Positions 29,605-38,827 of a DNA stretch of 64,000 nt are shown one piece after another. Made by a program: the position numbers and the translations under genes. The stretch is from Clostridia bacterium (lineage in GTDB: Bacteria > Bacillota > Clostridia > UMGS1840): assembly GCA_045540295.1 (NCBI GenBank), contig JAZQGY010000011.1:610-64609 (forward strand), in the 5' to 3' direction. Numbering within the stretch: the first letter of the stretch is position 1; each line of letters starts with the position of its first letter. A model generated the notes under the pieces. That model saw nothing but the letters and a program-made list of their open reading frames with translations. It ran no database searches and was not told the DNA's origin.

Positions 29605-29617
29605 ACCGAGGGATTTT

Positions 29618-30448
29618 ATGAACATAGGAATTATCATCGGAAAAACGAATATTGCATCTTCCGTGATTACACGGCTGGTTTCACTGTTGGAGAAACACGA
29701 TGCCCGTGTTTATTTTCCGTCTGATAGCGGACTGGGAGCTTTTGGCACGGTTCTTTCTACCGAAGAATTTTACAAAACTGTGGAAATGGTGATTGTATTA
29801 GGCGGTGACGGAACGCTTTTGCGGGTTTCTCAATCTGCATCCCGGTACGGAACTCCTATTTTAGGAATCAACTTCGGAAGAGTAGGTCTGTTAACTGATT
29901 TAGAGCAGACCGAGCTGGATTTGGTCAGCCGTATTTTTACGGGAGACTATTCCATTGACGAGCGGATGATGTTAACTGCTGTTGTTACCGATGACGGTGG
30001 TGAAAAATACCGTTTTTCAGCATTGAATGAAATTGCATTGTCCCGTGGTAATTTTGCCAAAATGCTGGAGATGGACTTATATATTGACGGTGCTATCTGC
30101 ACCCCTATTCGTGCGGACGGGTTAATCGTATCCACCCCTACCGGTTCTACAGCATATTCCTTATCTGCAGGCGGTGCGGTGATTGATCCTCTGGCAGAAG
30201 CTTTTGCTGTAACGCCGATCTGTCCTCACACCTTAAACATTCGCCCTATGGTGATTTGCAAAAACCGAACCATTACCATTAAGCAAAAAGAAGGCACTGA
30301 AAATGTTTCGTTTTTATCTTATGACGGAAATGAAGCGGTAACCGTAAATCCCGGAATGGAAATTACCATCCGTTTATCGGAGCACACCACCAAGTTGGTT
30401 CGGATTGTAAACAGAAATTTTTATTCTGTACTGAAAGATAAACTCTAA
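29618..30448 (+). CDS. nadK: NAD kinase
   Basis: GGDGT, ALNE, STPTGSTAYSLSAGG; start ATG 29618. Confidence 0.95.
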   Translation: MNIGIIIGKTNIASSVITRLVSLLEKHDARVYFPSDSGLGAFGTVLSTEEFYKTVEMVIVLGGDGTLLRVSQSASRYGTPILGINFGRVGLLTDLEQTELDLVSRIFTGDYSIDERMMLTAVVTDDGGEKYRFSALNEIALSRGNFAKMLEMDLYIDGAICTPIRADGLIVSTPTGSTAYSLSAGGAVIDPLAEAFAVTPICPHTLNIRPMVICKNRTITIKQKEGTENVSFLSYDGNEAVTVNPGMEITIRLSEHTTKLVRIVNRNFYSVLKDKL

Positions 30449-30464
30449 GAAAGAAGAGATTACG

Positions 30465-30914
30465 ATGAAAAAAAGAAGGCAAGACGATTTACTCCGTTTA
30501 ATTCAGGAAGAAAAAATCAGAACACAGGAAGACTTGACCGAACGTTTGTCTCGTATCGGTTATCGGGTAACCCAGGCGACAGTTTCTCGTGATATCAAGG
30601 AATTAAAAATCATAAAAACCACTGACGAAAACGGAGAAATCTGTTATCTGGCACCGAAGAAAGACGCTTCTCATCACGGCTCCGGCACCGGATTTGGGTT
30701 TTTCAAGAACCTGATCCATTCGGTGACTCACAGCGTGAACATTATTGTGATTCATACCGCTGCCGGCATGGCGCAAGGCATTGCTGCAACGATTGACCGT
30801 ATGGGCAGAGCAGATATTTTAGGAACCATTGCAGGTGATGACACCATTATGGTGGTATGCCGTACCCCTGAAGAAACAGGAACCGTAGCAGATTACTTAA
30901 AAACTCATCTCTAA
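30465..30914 (+). CDS. argR: Arginine repressor
   Basis: TQATVSRDIKEL, GTIAGDDTI. Confidence 0.95.
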   Translation: MKKRRQDDLLRLIQEEKIRTQEDLTERLSRIGYRVTQATVSRDIKELKIIKTTDENGEICYLAPKKDASHHGSGTGFGFFKNLIHSVTHSVNIIVIHTAAGMAQGIAATIDRMGRADILGTIAGDDTIMVVCRTPEETGTVADYLKTHL

Positions 30915-30932
30915 GAAACCGAGGATGCAACT

Positions 30933-32618
30933 ATGCTTTCTACCTTGCGAATAAAAAACTTGGCGGTCATCCGTGAGATTACCCTGCAGTTTGAGCGGGG
31001 ACTTACTGTATTGACCGGAGAAACCGGTGCAGGGAAGTCCATTCTGATGGACGCCTTGCAGGCTGTTTTGGGTGCTCGGATTTCCAAGGAACTGATTCGT
31101 GCAGAAGAAAAATCCGCTTTGGTAGAAGCAGGCTTTTTCTTTCCGGAGGATTCGGCTCCCGAAAGTTTGAAACCCTACCTTTCGGACGATATGTTGGTCA
31201 TATCCCGTGAAATCTTCCGGGACGGCAGAAATATTGTAAAGATTAACGGGTCCTTGTCCAACACGGCAGAGCTTCGGAGTATTGCACCGTATCTTATCAG
31301 CATCCATTCTCAGAATGATAATCAGATTCTGTTCCGTTCGGAGGAACATTTTCGGTTTTTAGACCATTTTGCAGGTGCAACCGCATTACGTACCGAATAC
31401 GAAGCTTGCTATCACCGCTACCGTGAAATTTGCGAGGAAATCGCCGCGGTAGACAGTAAAAAAGAGCAGGATCAAAGCCGTATTGATTATTTAAAATTTG
31501 TGCTTGGTGAAATAGAAAATGCCAATCTTCAGCCTGACGAAGAAGAGCATTTAAAAGAAATGAAACTCCTTATGAAAAATCAGGAGAAAAATAAAGAAAA
31601 TATCAAAACGGCAACCTATGCCTTATATGAAAATGAAGAAAGTGCTTACCATTTCGTTTCTGTGGCGGCAAAAGCCCTAAAAAACGCGGACGGATTTTCC
31701 GAAATTGCAGAACGATTGGATGAGCTTTCCTATGAAATTGCAGATTTATCTGAAAAAATCCGCACCACGGATGTGAAAGTTGAGCTGGAATATCAGAATA
31801 TTGACGATTTAGAAGACCGGTTAGGACTCATTTATCAGCTTAAGATGAAATACGGCGGAACATTTCAGTCTATCTTTGATACTTATGAAAGAACTTCCCG
31901 TGAACTTTATGAAATTGAGCATCGGGAACATCATTTGGAAGAGTTAACCAAACAAAAAGAAGAATGTCTTTTCACGTTAACCAAGCAATCTTCCAGCCTT
32001 ACCGAACTCAGAAGTCAGTCTGCAGGAAATTTGGCTGAAAAGTTGCAAAGCGAACTTCGGGATTTGATGATGCCGAACGCTGTTTTTTTGGTTGATTTAA
32101 AAGAAGAAGCCGAATTTTGTACCCACGGAAAAGAACGGGTGGAATTTTTATTTTCCGCTAACCTGGGATTGCCTCCGGCTCCTTTATCTAAAATTGCATC
32201 GGGTGGGGAAATCTCCCGTGTGAATTTAGCACTAAAATCGGTTCTTCGGGGAATTGACCCTGCCTGCGCCTATGTGTTTGACGAGATTGACACAGGCTTA
32301 AGCGGTCGTGCTGCCCAGAAGACCGGTGAAAAAATGTGTGCCATCGGGACAGATTCCCAGGTGCTTTGCGTTACCCATCTACCGCAGATTGCAGCTATGG
32401 CAGACCAGCATTTTTTGGTGAACAAGGAAGAACTGGCAGGAGAAACCGTCACCGGTGTTTGCGCCATTACTGAAGATGCCCGCATTAACGAAATCTCCCG
32501 TATGATTGGCGGTGTTGCGGTGACCGAAATCACCAGACAAAGTGCGGAAGAAATGTTGAAGTTAGCAGAAACATTCAAATTGGAGTGTTCATATGAAAGT
32601 CACAGGAACCGTTCTTAA
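30933..32618 (+). CDS. recN: DNA repair protein RecN
   Basis: TGETGAGKS, coiled coil, ASGGEISR, FDEIDTG, VTHLPQIAA. Confidence 0.95.
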   Translation: MLSTLRIKNLAVIREITLQFERGLTVLTGETGAGKSILMDALQAVLGARISKELIRAEEKSALVEAGFFFPEDSAPESLKPYLSDDMLVISREIFRDGRNIVKINGSLSNTAELRSIAPYLISIHSQNDNQILFRSEEHFRFLDHFAGATALRTEYEACYHRYREICEEIAAVDSKKEQDQSRIDYLKFVLGEIENANLQPDEEEHLKEMKLLMKNQEKNKENIKTATYALYENEESAYHFVSVAAKALKNADGFSEIAERLDELSYEIADLSEKIRTTDVKVELEYQNIDDLEDRLGLIYQLKMKYGGTFQSIFDTYERTSRELYEIEHREHHLEELTKQKEECLFTLTKQSSSLTELRSQSAGNLAEKLQSELRDLMMPNAVFLVDLKEEAEFCTHGKERVEFLFSANLGLPPAPLSKIASGGEISRVNLALKSVLRGIDPACAYVFDEIDTGLSGRAAQKTGEKMCAIGTDSQVLCVTHLPQIAAMADQHFLVNKEELAGETVTGVCAITEDARINEISRMIGGVAVTEITRQSAEEMLKLAETFKLECSYESHRNRS

Positions 32619-32982
32619 ACGGCTGAGCGGGAAAAATATTCTTATTAAAATAAAGCGCTCCTCCGCTTGCGGAGGAGATTGCCACACCTGTGGTGTTTGC
32701 AATGGCGGGGAATCGGAAATTATTGCCGAATGTACCGATTTGGTATGTGAGGGAGACGAAGTTTTGGTAACCATTCCCAACAAACGGTATTTTACGATTT
32801 CTTTTACGGTATTTCTGCTGCCGCTTTGCGTGATGATTTTTGCCTTTTGGCTTTGCAGACAATCCTGCACGGAAGATATTTCTGCCTTGGTTTCTCTGTT
32901 AGCGGGAGTTTTGTCGTTTCTTCTGATTACGTTACTGTTTCGAAAATTAAAAATCCCCAAGGCAACAAAGAAAGAGGAATAA
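32593..32982 (+). CDS. RseC/MucC family membrane protein
   Basis: RSSACGGDCHTCGVC, GDEVLV, FLLPL followed by two TM helices. Confidence 0.75.
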   Translation: MKVTGTVLKRLSGKNILIKIKRSSACGGDCHTCGVCNGGESEIIAECTDLVCEGDEVLVTIPNKRYFTISFTVFLLPLCVMIFAFWLCRQSCTEDISALVSLLAGVLSFLLITLLFRKLKIPKATKKEE

Positions 32983-32983
32983 T

Positions 32984-33649
32984 ATGAAGCGCATAACCAT
33001 CTTTGCCGGGCATTACGGAAGCGGAAAAACCACCGCTGCGGTAGCCTATGCAAAAAAACTAAGAGAACAGCACGAAAAAGTGATGATTGTGGATATTGAT
33101 TTAATCAATCCCTACTATCGCACCAAGGATGCCCAGGAAGAGCTGGACGCCTTGGGCATTACCGTGGTAACTCCAACCTATGCCAATACCAATATTGAAA
33201 CCCCGTCCATTCCTGCCGGCGTTATGGCGGCATTTAGCCAAAAAGATACTTATGTGGTGTTTGATGCAGCAGGAGATGATGACGGTGCAGTGGTATTGAG
33301 CCGTTATTTTATGGATTTTTCACAAGAGGAATATGATTTCTTTTTGGTGATTAATTCAAAAAGACCATTGACGAGAGACAAAGAAAGTATTATAATGTAT
33401 AAAAGGGACATTGAAATTGCATCCCGTCTGAATTTTACTGCGCTGGTCAATGCAACCAATTTGTCCTATGAAACTACCCTTTCGGATATTTTGGAAGGGG
33501 AGCACATTACCGATGAAGTTTCCAAAGAAACCGGTATTCCCAACCGATACACTTTTGTGTGGAATCAGTTGTATGATGGATTACCTGAAGCATTAAAGAA
33601 AAAGGCAATTTCAGTGAGCCTGTTTCACAAAAAGCCCTGGGAACTTTAA
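32984..33649 (+). CDS. Uncharacterised P-loop NTPase (MinD/ParA/CobQ-like) preceding the oxidoreductase operon
   Basis: GHYGSGKTT, DIDLINPYYR, DAAGDDDGA, INSKRP. Confidence 0.8.
   Translation: MKRITIFAGHYGSGKTTAAVAYAKKLREQHEKVMIVDIDLINPYYRTKDAQEELDALGITVVTPTYANTNIETPSIPAGVMAAFSQKDTYVVFDAAGDDDGAVVLSRYFMDFSQEEYDFFLVINSKRPLTRDKESIIMYKRDIEIASRLNFTALVNATNLSYETTLSDILEGEHITDEVSKETGIPNRYTFVWNQLYDGLPEALKKKAISVSLFHKKPWEL
33368..33396 (+). promoter_or_regulatory. Candidate internal sigmaA promoter
   Basis: TTGACG-N17-TATAAT inside the P-loop CDS, ~320 nt before the ferredoxin gene. Confidence 0.45.
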
Positions 33650-33718
33650 TTTGTTTATAAAATTTCAACATATTTGAAAAACCCGACTGATTGTCGGAGA
33701 GGAAAGGAAAAAGTGATT

Positions 33719-33925
33719 ATGGCAAAAGTAACATTTAACGAAAACGCTTGTAAAGGCTGTTATCTTTGCATGGACGTTTGTCCCAAAAAGATTATTAAAA
33801 AAGCTACTGACCGTTTGAACGTAAAGGGCTTTAACCCCGTTGAGGTGCTGGATATGGATCAGTGTATCGGCTGTGCATTTTGTGCAACCATTTGTCCCGA
33901 CGTGGTTATCACTGTTGAAAAATAA
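33719..33925 (+). CDS. 2x[4Fe-4S] ferredoxin, delta subunit of 2-oxoacid:ferredoxin oxidoreductase
   Basis: CKGCYLCMDVCP and CIGCAFCATICP; start ATG 33719. Confidence 0.92.
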   Translation: MAKVTFNENACKGCYLCMDVCPKKIIKKATDRLNVKGFNPVEVLDMDQCIGCAFCATICPDVVITVEK

Positions 33926-33946
33926 GTAGGAAAGGAATGAAATACG

Positions 33947-35008
33947 ATGAGTGAAAAAGTTTTAATGAAAGGGAACGAAGCAATTGCTGAAGCTGCAATC
34001 CGTAGCGGCTGTAAACTGTTCTTCGGTTATCCCATTACTCCCCAGACTGAGGTTTCTGCTTATATGTCTAAAAGAATGCCTCAGGTAGACGGACTTTATC
34101 TGCAGGCTGAAAGTGAAGTTGCAGCCATCAACATGGTATACGGTGCTGCAGCGGCAGGCGCAAGAGTTATGACCTCTTCCTCCAGCCCCGGAATCAGCTT
34201 AAAGCAGGAAGGTATTTCCTACATAGCAGGTGCAGATTTACCCTGCGTTATTATCAACATTGTTCGTGGCGGTCCGGGTCTTGGCGGTATTCAGCCTGCT
34301 CAGTCTGACTATTTTCAGGCAACCAAAGGTGGCGGCCACGGTGACTATAACTTAGTGGTATTAGCACCTTCCACCATTCAGGAATGTGTGGACTTAACCT
34401 ACAAAGCATTTGATATTGCAGACCAGTATCGCGTACCCGTTATGATTATGGGGGACGGTATGTTAGGTCAGATGATGGAACCCGTTTCTTTCCCGGAACA
34501 CGACGATTCTGTGACTTTCGATAAATCCTGGGCTTGCGATACCACCGGTATGAAGCGTAAGAAAAATATCGTAAACTCCTTATATATCAATCCTGATGAA
34601 CTGGAAAATTTAGTTTGGGAACGCCAGAAACGTTACGATTTAATTACCAAAAATGAAACCCGTGCAGAAACCTTCTTCTGCGAGGATGCAGACATTGTGT
34701 TAGTAGCGTACGGCACCATCGCCAGAGTGGCAATGAACGCTGTGAAAAAAGCAAGAGCAATGGGCATCAAGGCAGGTTTAATCCGTCCTATTACCCTGTG
34801 GCCGTTCCCGGAACAGGAAATTGCCAATATTGCAAAAACCGCTAAGAGCTTTTTAAGCGTGGAAATGAGCACCGGTCAGATGGTTTATGATGTGAAGCTG
34901 GCTGTGAACGGCAAATGCCCCGTGGAATTTTACGGAAGAACCGGTGGCGTAGTACCTGTTCCTCAGGAAATTCTGGACAAAATCGTAGAAATGTCCAAAA
35001 AACTGTAA
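33947..35008 (+). CDS. 2-oxoacid (2-oxoisovalerate-type):ferredoxin oxidoreductase alpha subunit (VorB-like)
   Basis: MKGNEAIAEAA, FGYPITPQTE, QAESEVAA, TSSSSPG, RPITLWPFP. Confidence 0.92.
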   Translation: MSEKVLMKGNEAIAEAAIRSGCKLFFGYPITPQTEVSAYMSKRMPQVDGLYLQAESEVAAINMVYGAAAAGARVMTSSSSPGISLKQEGISYIAGADLPCVIINIVRGGPGLGGIQPAQSDYFQATKGGGHGDYNLVVLAPSTIQECVDLTYKAFDIADQYRVPVMIMGDGMLGQMMEPVSFPEHDDSVTFDKSWACDTTGMKRKKNIVNSLYINPDELENLVWERQKRYDLITKNETRAETFFCEDADIVLVAYGTIARVAMNAVKKARAMGIKAGLIRPITLWPFPEQEIANIAKTAKSFLSVEMSTGQMVYDVKLAVNGKCPVEFYGRTGGVVPVPQEILDKIVEMSKKL

Positions 35009-35025
35009 GAGGGAGGATGAATAAG

Positions 35026-35778
35026 ATGAGTATTGTATTTGAAAAACCCCATGCACTCTCTGATGTGGGCTTCCATTATTGCCCCGGCTGTACCCACGGT
35101 ATTGTGCACCGTTTGGTAGCAGAAGTGCTGGATGAATTAAAATTAGAAGGCGAAGCAGTTGGGATTGCATCCGTAGGTTGCTCCGTTTTCTCCTACAACT
35201 ATTTTGAATGTGACATGGTGCAGGCAGCACACGGTCGTGCTCCCGCAGTTGCAACCGGCGTAAAAAGAGCACATCCCGACAAGGTGGTATTTACCTATCA
35301 GGGTGACGGTGACTTACTGGCAATCGGTACTGCAGAAACCATTCATGCTGCAACCCGTGGCGAAAATATCACCGTGGTATTTATCAATAACTGTATCTAC
35401 GGTATGACCGGCGGTCAGATGGCTCCTACCTCCTTGGTTGGTCAGGTTACCCAGACCACTCCCTACGGCAGAAAAACCGAAACCCAGGGTTGGCCCATCA
35501 ACGGCTGTGAACTGGTTTCCCAGCTGGAAGGAACTGCATTGGCGCAGCGTGTTGCTGTAAACAATGTAAAAAATATCCGCGAAGCAAAAGCGGCAATCAA
35601 AAAAGCATTTACCTATCAGACTGAGAAAAAAGGCTTCACCTTTGTGGAAGTGCTGTCCACTTGCCCCACCAACTGGGGACTTTCACCCCAAGAATCCTTA
35701 AAATGGATGGAAGAAAACATGATGCCTCAGTATCCCTTAGGCGTGTATAAAGATAAAGGTGCGAAAGGAGACGAATAG
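35026..35778 (+). CDS. 2-oxoacid:ferredoxin oxidoreductase beta (TPP-binding) subunit
   Basis: YCPGCTHG, VGCS, GDGD..NN, STCPTNW; start ATG 35026. Confidence 0.92.
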   Translation: MSIVFEKPHALSDVGFHYCPGCTHGIVHRLVAEVLDELKLEGEAVGIASVGCSVFSYNYFECDMVQAAHGRAPAVATGVKRAHPDKVVFTYQGDGDLLAIGTAETIHAATRGENITVVFINNCIYGMTGGQMAPTSLVGQVTQTTPYGRKTETQGWPINGCELVSQLEGTALAQRVAVNNVKNIREAKAAIKKAFTYQTEKKGFTFVEVLSTCPTNWGLSPQESLKWMEENMMPQYPLGVYKDKGAKGDE

Positions 35779-35779
35779 T

Positions 35780-36310
35780 ATGCAGAAAGAATTTATTATT
35801 TCCGGTTTTGGCGGCCAGGGCATTCTGTTTATCGGAAAACTCCTTGCTTACACCGGTATGAAAAATAACTACCAGGTATCCTGGCTCCCGTCCTACGGAC
35901 CGGAAATGCGTGGCGGTACCGCAAGCTGTAATGTCATTATCTCCGACGATGCGATCGGTTCTCCCTTAGTAACCGAAGCAACTGAAGTTATCGCTATGAA
36001 CGGTCCCTCTTTTGTGAAGTTTGAAAAGAGCGTGGCAAAAGGCGGCACCTTATACTATGATAGTTCCCTGGTTCAGCCTACTCCCACTCGTGATGACATC
36101 AGCTATGTGGGCGTGGAAGCAACTAAATTAGCCACCGAAATGGGCATGGGCAAGCTTGCTAATATGTTCTTGGTGGGCAAAGTATTAAAAGAATCTAAGG
36201 TGTTTGAATTAGATGTGATTTTTGAAGCGTTAAAAGGTCTGGTTCCTGCAAAGAAACCCGAGCTTTATGACTTAAACAAAAAAGCCATCGAAGCAGGCGC
36301 AAACTTATAA
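35780..36310 (+). CDS. 2-oxoacid:ferredoxin oxidoreductase gamma subunit
   Basis: [17 protein letters not shown]. Confidence 0.92.
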   Translation: MQKEFIISGFGGQGILFIGKLLAYTGMKNNYQVSWLPSYGPEMRGGTASCNVIISDDAIGSPLVTEATEVIAMNGPSFVKFEKSVAKGGTLYYDSSLVQPTPTRDDISYVGVEATKLATEMGMGKLANMFLVGKVLKESKVFELDVIFEALKGLVPAKKPELYDLNKKAIEAGANL

Positions 36311-36335
36311 TTCTTTTCATTTTTAGAAATACTTC

Positions 36336-36370
36336 ATTCAGCGGAGGGAATATCCTTCCGCTGAATTTGT
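36336..36370 (+). terminator. Hairpin, probable terminator
   Basis: ATTCAGCGGAGGG..CCTTCCGCTGAAT followed by a short T-tract. Confidence 0.6.
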
Positions 36371-36388
36371 AACAAGCGAGGATACAGC

Positions 36389-37690
36389 ATGAAATTTGTT
36401 TCAGAAAATTTAGATGTCAATGAGCAGGGACACCTCACTATCGGTGGGGTAGACGTGATGACGCTCAAAGAAAAATACGGCACCCCCCTTTATGTGATGG
36501 ATGAGGATATGATTCGCTCGCATCTTCGTACCTACCGTAATGCTTTAGATACCTATTACGGCGGTAACGGACTTTGCCAGTTTGCTTCCAAAGCCTTCTG
36601 CACCAAGTATATGTGTAAACTTGTGGCAGAGGAAGGATTAGGACTTGACGTGGTATCAGGCGGCGAGCTTTATACTGCGTTATCTGCCGGTTTTCCTGCG
36701 GATAAACTCTGTTTTCACGGCAATAATAAAACCAAGGAGGAGCTTCGGTTTGCAATTGGTCATGATGTTGGAACCATTGTGGTTGACAATATTTTCGAGT
36801 TAGAGCAAATTGAAAACATTGCAAAAGACCTGGACAAGGTTCAGAATGTTCTTTTTAGAATCAAACCCGGTGTGGACGCTCATACTCACGATTTTATTAT
36901 GACCGGTCAAATTGACTCCAAATTCGGCTTTGCTTTAGAAACCGGAGAAGTATTGTCTGCAGTGGAAGCAGTGAAAAACAAAGAACATATCTGCTATAAA
37001 GGACTTCACTGCCATATCGGTTCCCAGATTTTTGACGTGGAACCTTTCCGGGAAACTGCTAAGGTGATGATGAAGTTCATTAAAGAAATAAAGGACAAGC
37101 TGGATCTTACTACCGAAGAGCTGGATTTAGGCGGTGGTTTCGGTATCCGCTACGTGGAATCGGACGATCCTATTTCCTACGATTTATATATCAAGGCTGT
37201 ATCCGAAGAAGTAAAAGCGCAAGCAGAATTTTTTGGCATTGTTGTTCCAAAAATTTTAATGGAACCGGGACGATCCGTTGTGGCACCTGCAGGCATCACT
37301 GTGTACGAAGTGGGTTGCGTGAAGGAAATTCCCGGTATTCGCACCTATGTTTCAGTAGACGGCGGTATGGCAGACAATCCTCGCTATATTATGTACGGTG
37401 CAGAATACTCTGCCGTATTGGCAAATAAAGCAGAGGAAAATGCTGACTACACTTATACCGTGGCAGGAAAGTGCTGTGAGTCGGGAGACATTTTAATTGA
37501 AAAGGCAAAGCTTCCTAAGGTGGAAGTGGGAGATACCCTTTGTGTGTTGGCAACCGGTGCTTACAATTACTCTATGGCATCCAACTATAATCGGATTCCC
37601 AGACCCGCTGTGGTCATGGTTTCAGGCGGTAAGGACAAGCTGATTGTAAAACGCGAAACCTACGAAGATTTAGTGAAAAACGACTTATAA
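36389..37690 (+). CDS. lysA: Diaminopimelate decarboxylase
   Basis: YGTPLY, ASKAF, HCHIGSQ, LGGGFG, EPGRS, CESGD, GAY..SMASNYN. Confidence 0.96.
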   Translation: MKFVSENLDVNEQGHLTIGGVDVMTLKEKYGTPLYVMDEDMIRSHLRTYRNALDTYYGGNGLCQFASKAFCTKYMCKLVAEEGLGLDVVSGGELYTALSAGFPADKLCFHGNNKTKEELRFAIGHDVGTIVVDNIFELEQIENIAKDLDKVQNVLFRIKPGVDAHTHDFIMTGQIDSKFGFALETGEVLSAVEAVKNKEHICYKGLHCHIGSQIFDVEPFRETAKVMMKFIKEIKDKLDLTTEELDLGGGFGIRYVESDDPISYDLYIKAVSEEVKAQAEFFGIVVPKILMEPGRSVVAPAGITVYEVGCVKEIPGIRTYVSVDGGMADNPRYIMYGAEYSAVLANKAEENADYTYTVAGKCCESGDILIEKAKLPKVEVGDTLCVLATGAYNYSMASNYNRIPRPAVVMVSGGKDKLIVKRETYEDLVKNDL

Positions 37691-37713
37691 ATTTTAATAA
37701 AAGAGGTGTTTTT

Positions 37714-38013
37714 ATGGAACTTATAAACTTTCAGAAAGACGTTATGGAACAAACAATCCCCGTGTTGGTAGACTTTTTTGCTACCTGGTGCGGACCATGT
37801 AAAATGTTGGCACCGGTGTTGGAAGAGCTGGAAGCAGAATACGGAGATAAGCTCAAAATCGTGAAAGTGGATATTGATAAACATATCGAACTGGCGCGGC
37901 AATACCGTGTGGCAACCGTTCCTACCATGATGGTATTTGAACATGGAGAATTAAAGGATTCTATCATCGGATACCATGCCAAAGAAGAATTGGTGGAGCT
38001 TTTAGGTTTATAA
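37714..38013 (+). CDS. trxA: Thioredoxin
   Basis: DFFATWCGPCK. Confidence 0.92.
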   Translation: MELINFQKDVMEQTIPVLVDFFATWCGPCKMLAPVLEELEAEYGDKLKIVKVDIDKHIELARQYRVATVPTMMVFEHGELKDSIIGYHAKEELVELLGL

Positions 38014-38014
38014 C

Positions 38015-38049
38015 AAAAAGGCGGATTTTTTAAAATCCGCCTTTTTTTT
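38015..38049. terminator. Bidirectional terminator
   Basis: AAAAAGGCGGATTTT / AAAATCCGCCTTTTT. Confidence 0.85.
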
Positions 38050-38293
38050 ATGACAGTAATTCATCTGCTGTTATCCCAAATACTTCGGCAAGTATTTTTA
38101 GCTCAATATCTGTTACAAACCGTTCTCCGCTTTCTATGCGTTGAGTTGCATTTTTATCCACGTCAATTCCTTTTAATTGCAGTTTTTCGGCCAATATGCG
38201 CTGTGACATTTTTGGTACATATTTTTTTCTTAGCTGATATATTTTTTCGCCGCATAAATTGTTTTTTCCGCTTTTTGTTTTATTTTTAACCAT
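38048..38293 (-). CDS. XRE-family helix-turn-helix regulator
   Basis: GEKIYQLR, MSQRILAEKL, QRIESGER, LAEVFGITADELL; start ATG 38293 after GGAGG. Confidence 0.85.
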   Translation of the reverse strand: MVKNKTKSGKNNLCGEKIYQLRKKYVPKMSQRILAEKLQLKGIDVDKNATQRIESGERFVTDIELKILAEVFGITADELLS

Positions 38294-38331
38294 AATACCC
38301 TCCGTTTTGATATGTAGTGCCTGACAAAAAT

Positions 38332-38376
38332 ATCTTACCATGGTATGATGTTAAAAATGACATTTACTAAATGTCA
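38332..38376. promoter_or_regulatory. Two palindromic candidate operators between divergent genes
   Basis: ATCTTACCATGGTATGAT (38332-38349) and perfect TGACATTTA-c-TAAATGTCA (38358-38376). Confidence 0.55.
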
Positions 38377-38396
38377 AAAAATACAAGGAGAAAAAT

Positions 38397-38790
38397 ATGT
38401 TTGAAAACATTGGTGGGAAGATCAAAAATTTAGCTACAGTTATTACCATTATTGGTTTTATCATCTGCGGTATCAGCGGTTTATTGTTGATGATCAATTT
38501 GAATGTTTTGGTGGGATTGTTATCCGGTGGACTCGGTTGTTTGATGTGTTGGATTAGTTCATTTTTGCTTTATGCCGTTGGCGATATGGCTGAGAATCTT
38601 CAGGAAATTAATCATAATATGGCAGTAATGTGTGCCAAAATGACTCGTTCTCCCGTACAGAATCAAAATCGTCCGACGGATCAGTCAACCCAACCCCATT
38701 AATCGTGGTGGTCTCTGGGTATGTAAGCAATGCCATCAACAGAATGAACGTACAGCTGCATTTTGTAAGAATTGCGGAGCCTATAAATAA
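38397..38790 (+). pseudogene. Two-TM membrane protein with a C-terminal zinc ribbon in the +1 frame (frameshifted, recoded or assembly error)
   Basis: Frame 0 stops at 38702; +1 frame reads INRGGLWVCKQCHQQNERTAAFCKNCGAYK to TAA 38788-38790, directly before the terminator. Confidence 0.75.
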
Positions 38791-38826
38791 AAAAACGAGT
38801 TGTCTAAGCGGACAACTCGTTTTTTT
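38790..38826. terminator. Bidirectional terminator
   Basis: AAAAACGAGTTGTC..GACAACTCGTTTTT. Confidence 0.85.
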
Positions 38827-38827
38827 A

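Noticed and set aside
33650..33671. Rex site before the ferredoxin gene
   Set aside because: Half-site spacing does not fit and the AT-rich match is weak
36311..36388. Lysine riboswitch or T-box before lysA
   Set aside because: Spacer is only 78 nt and holds a single hairpin
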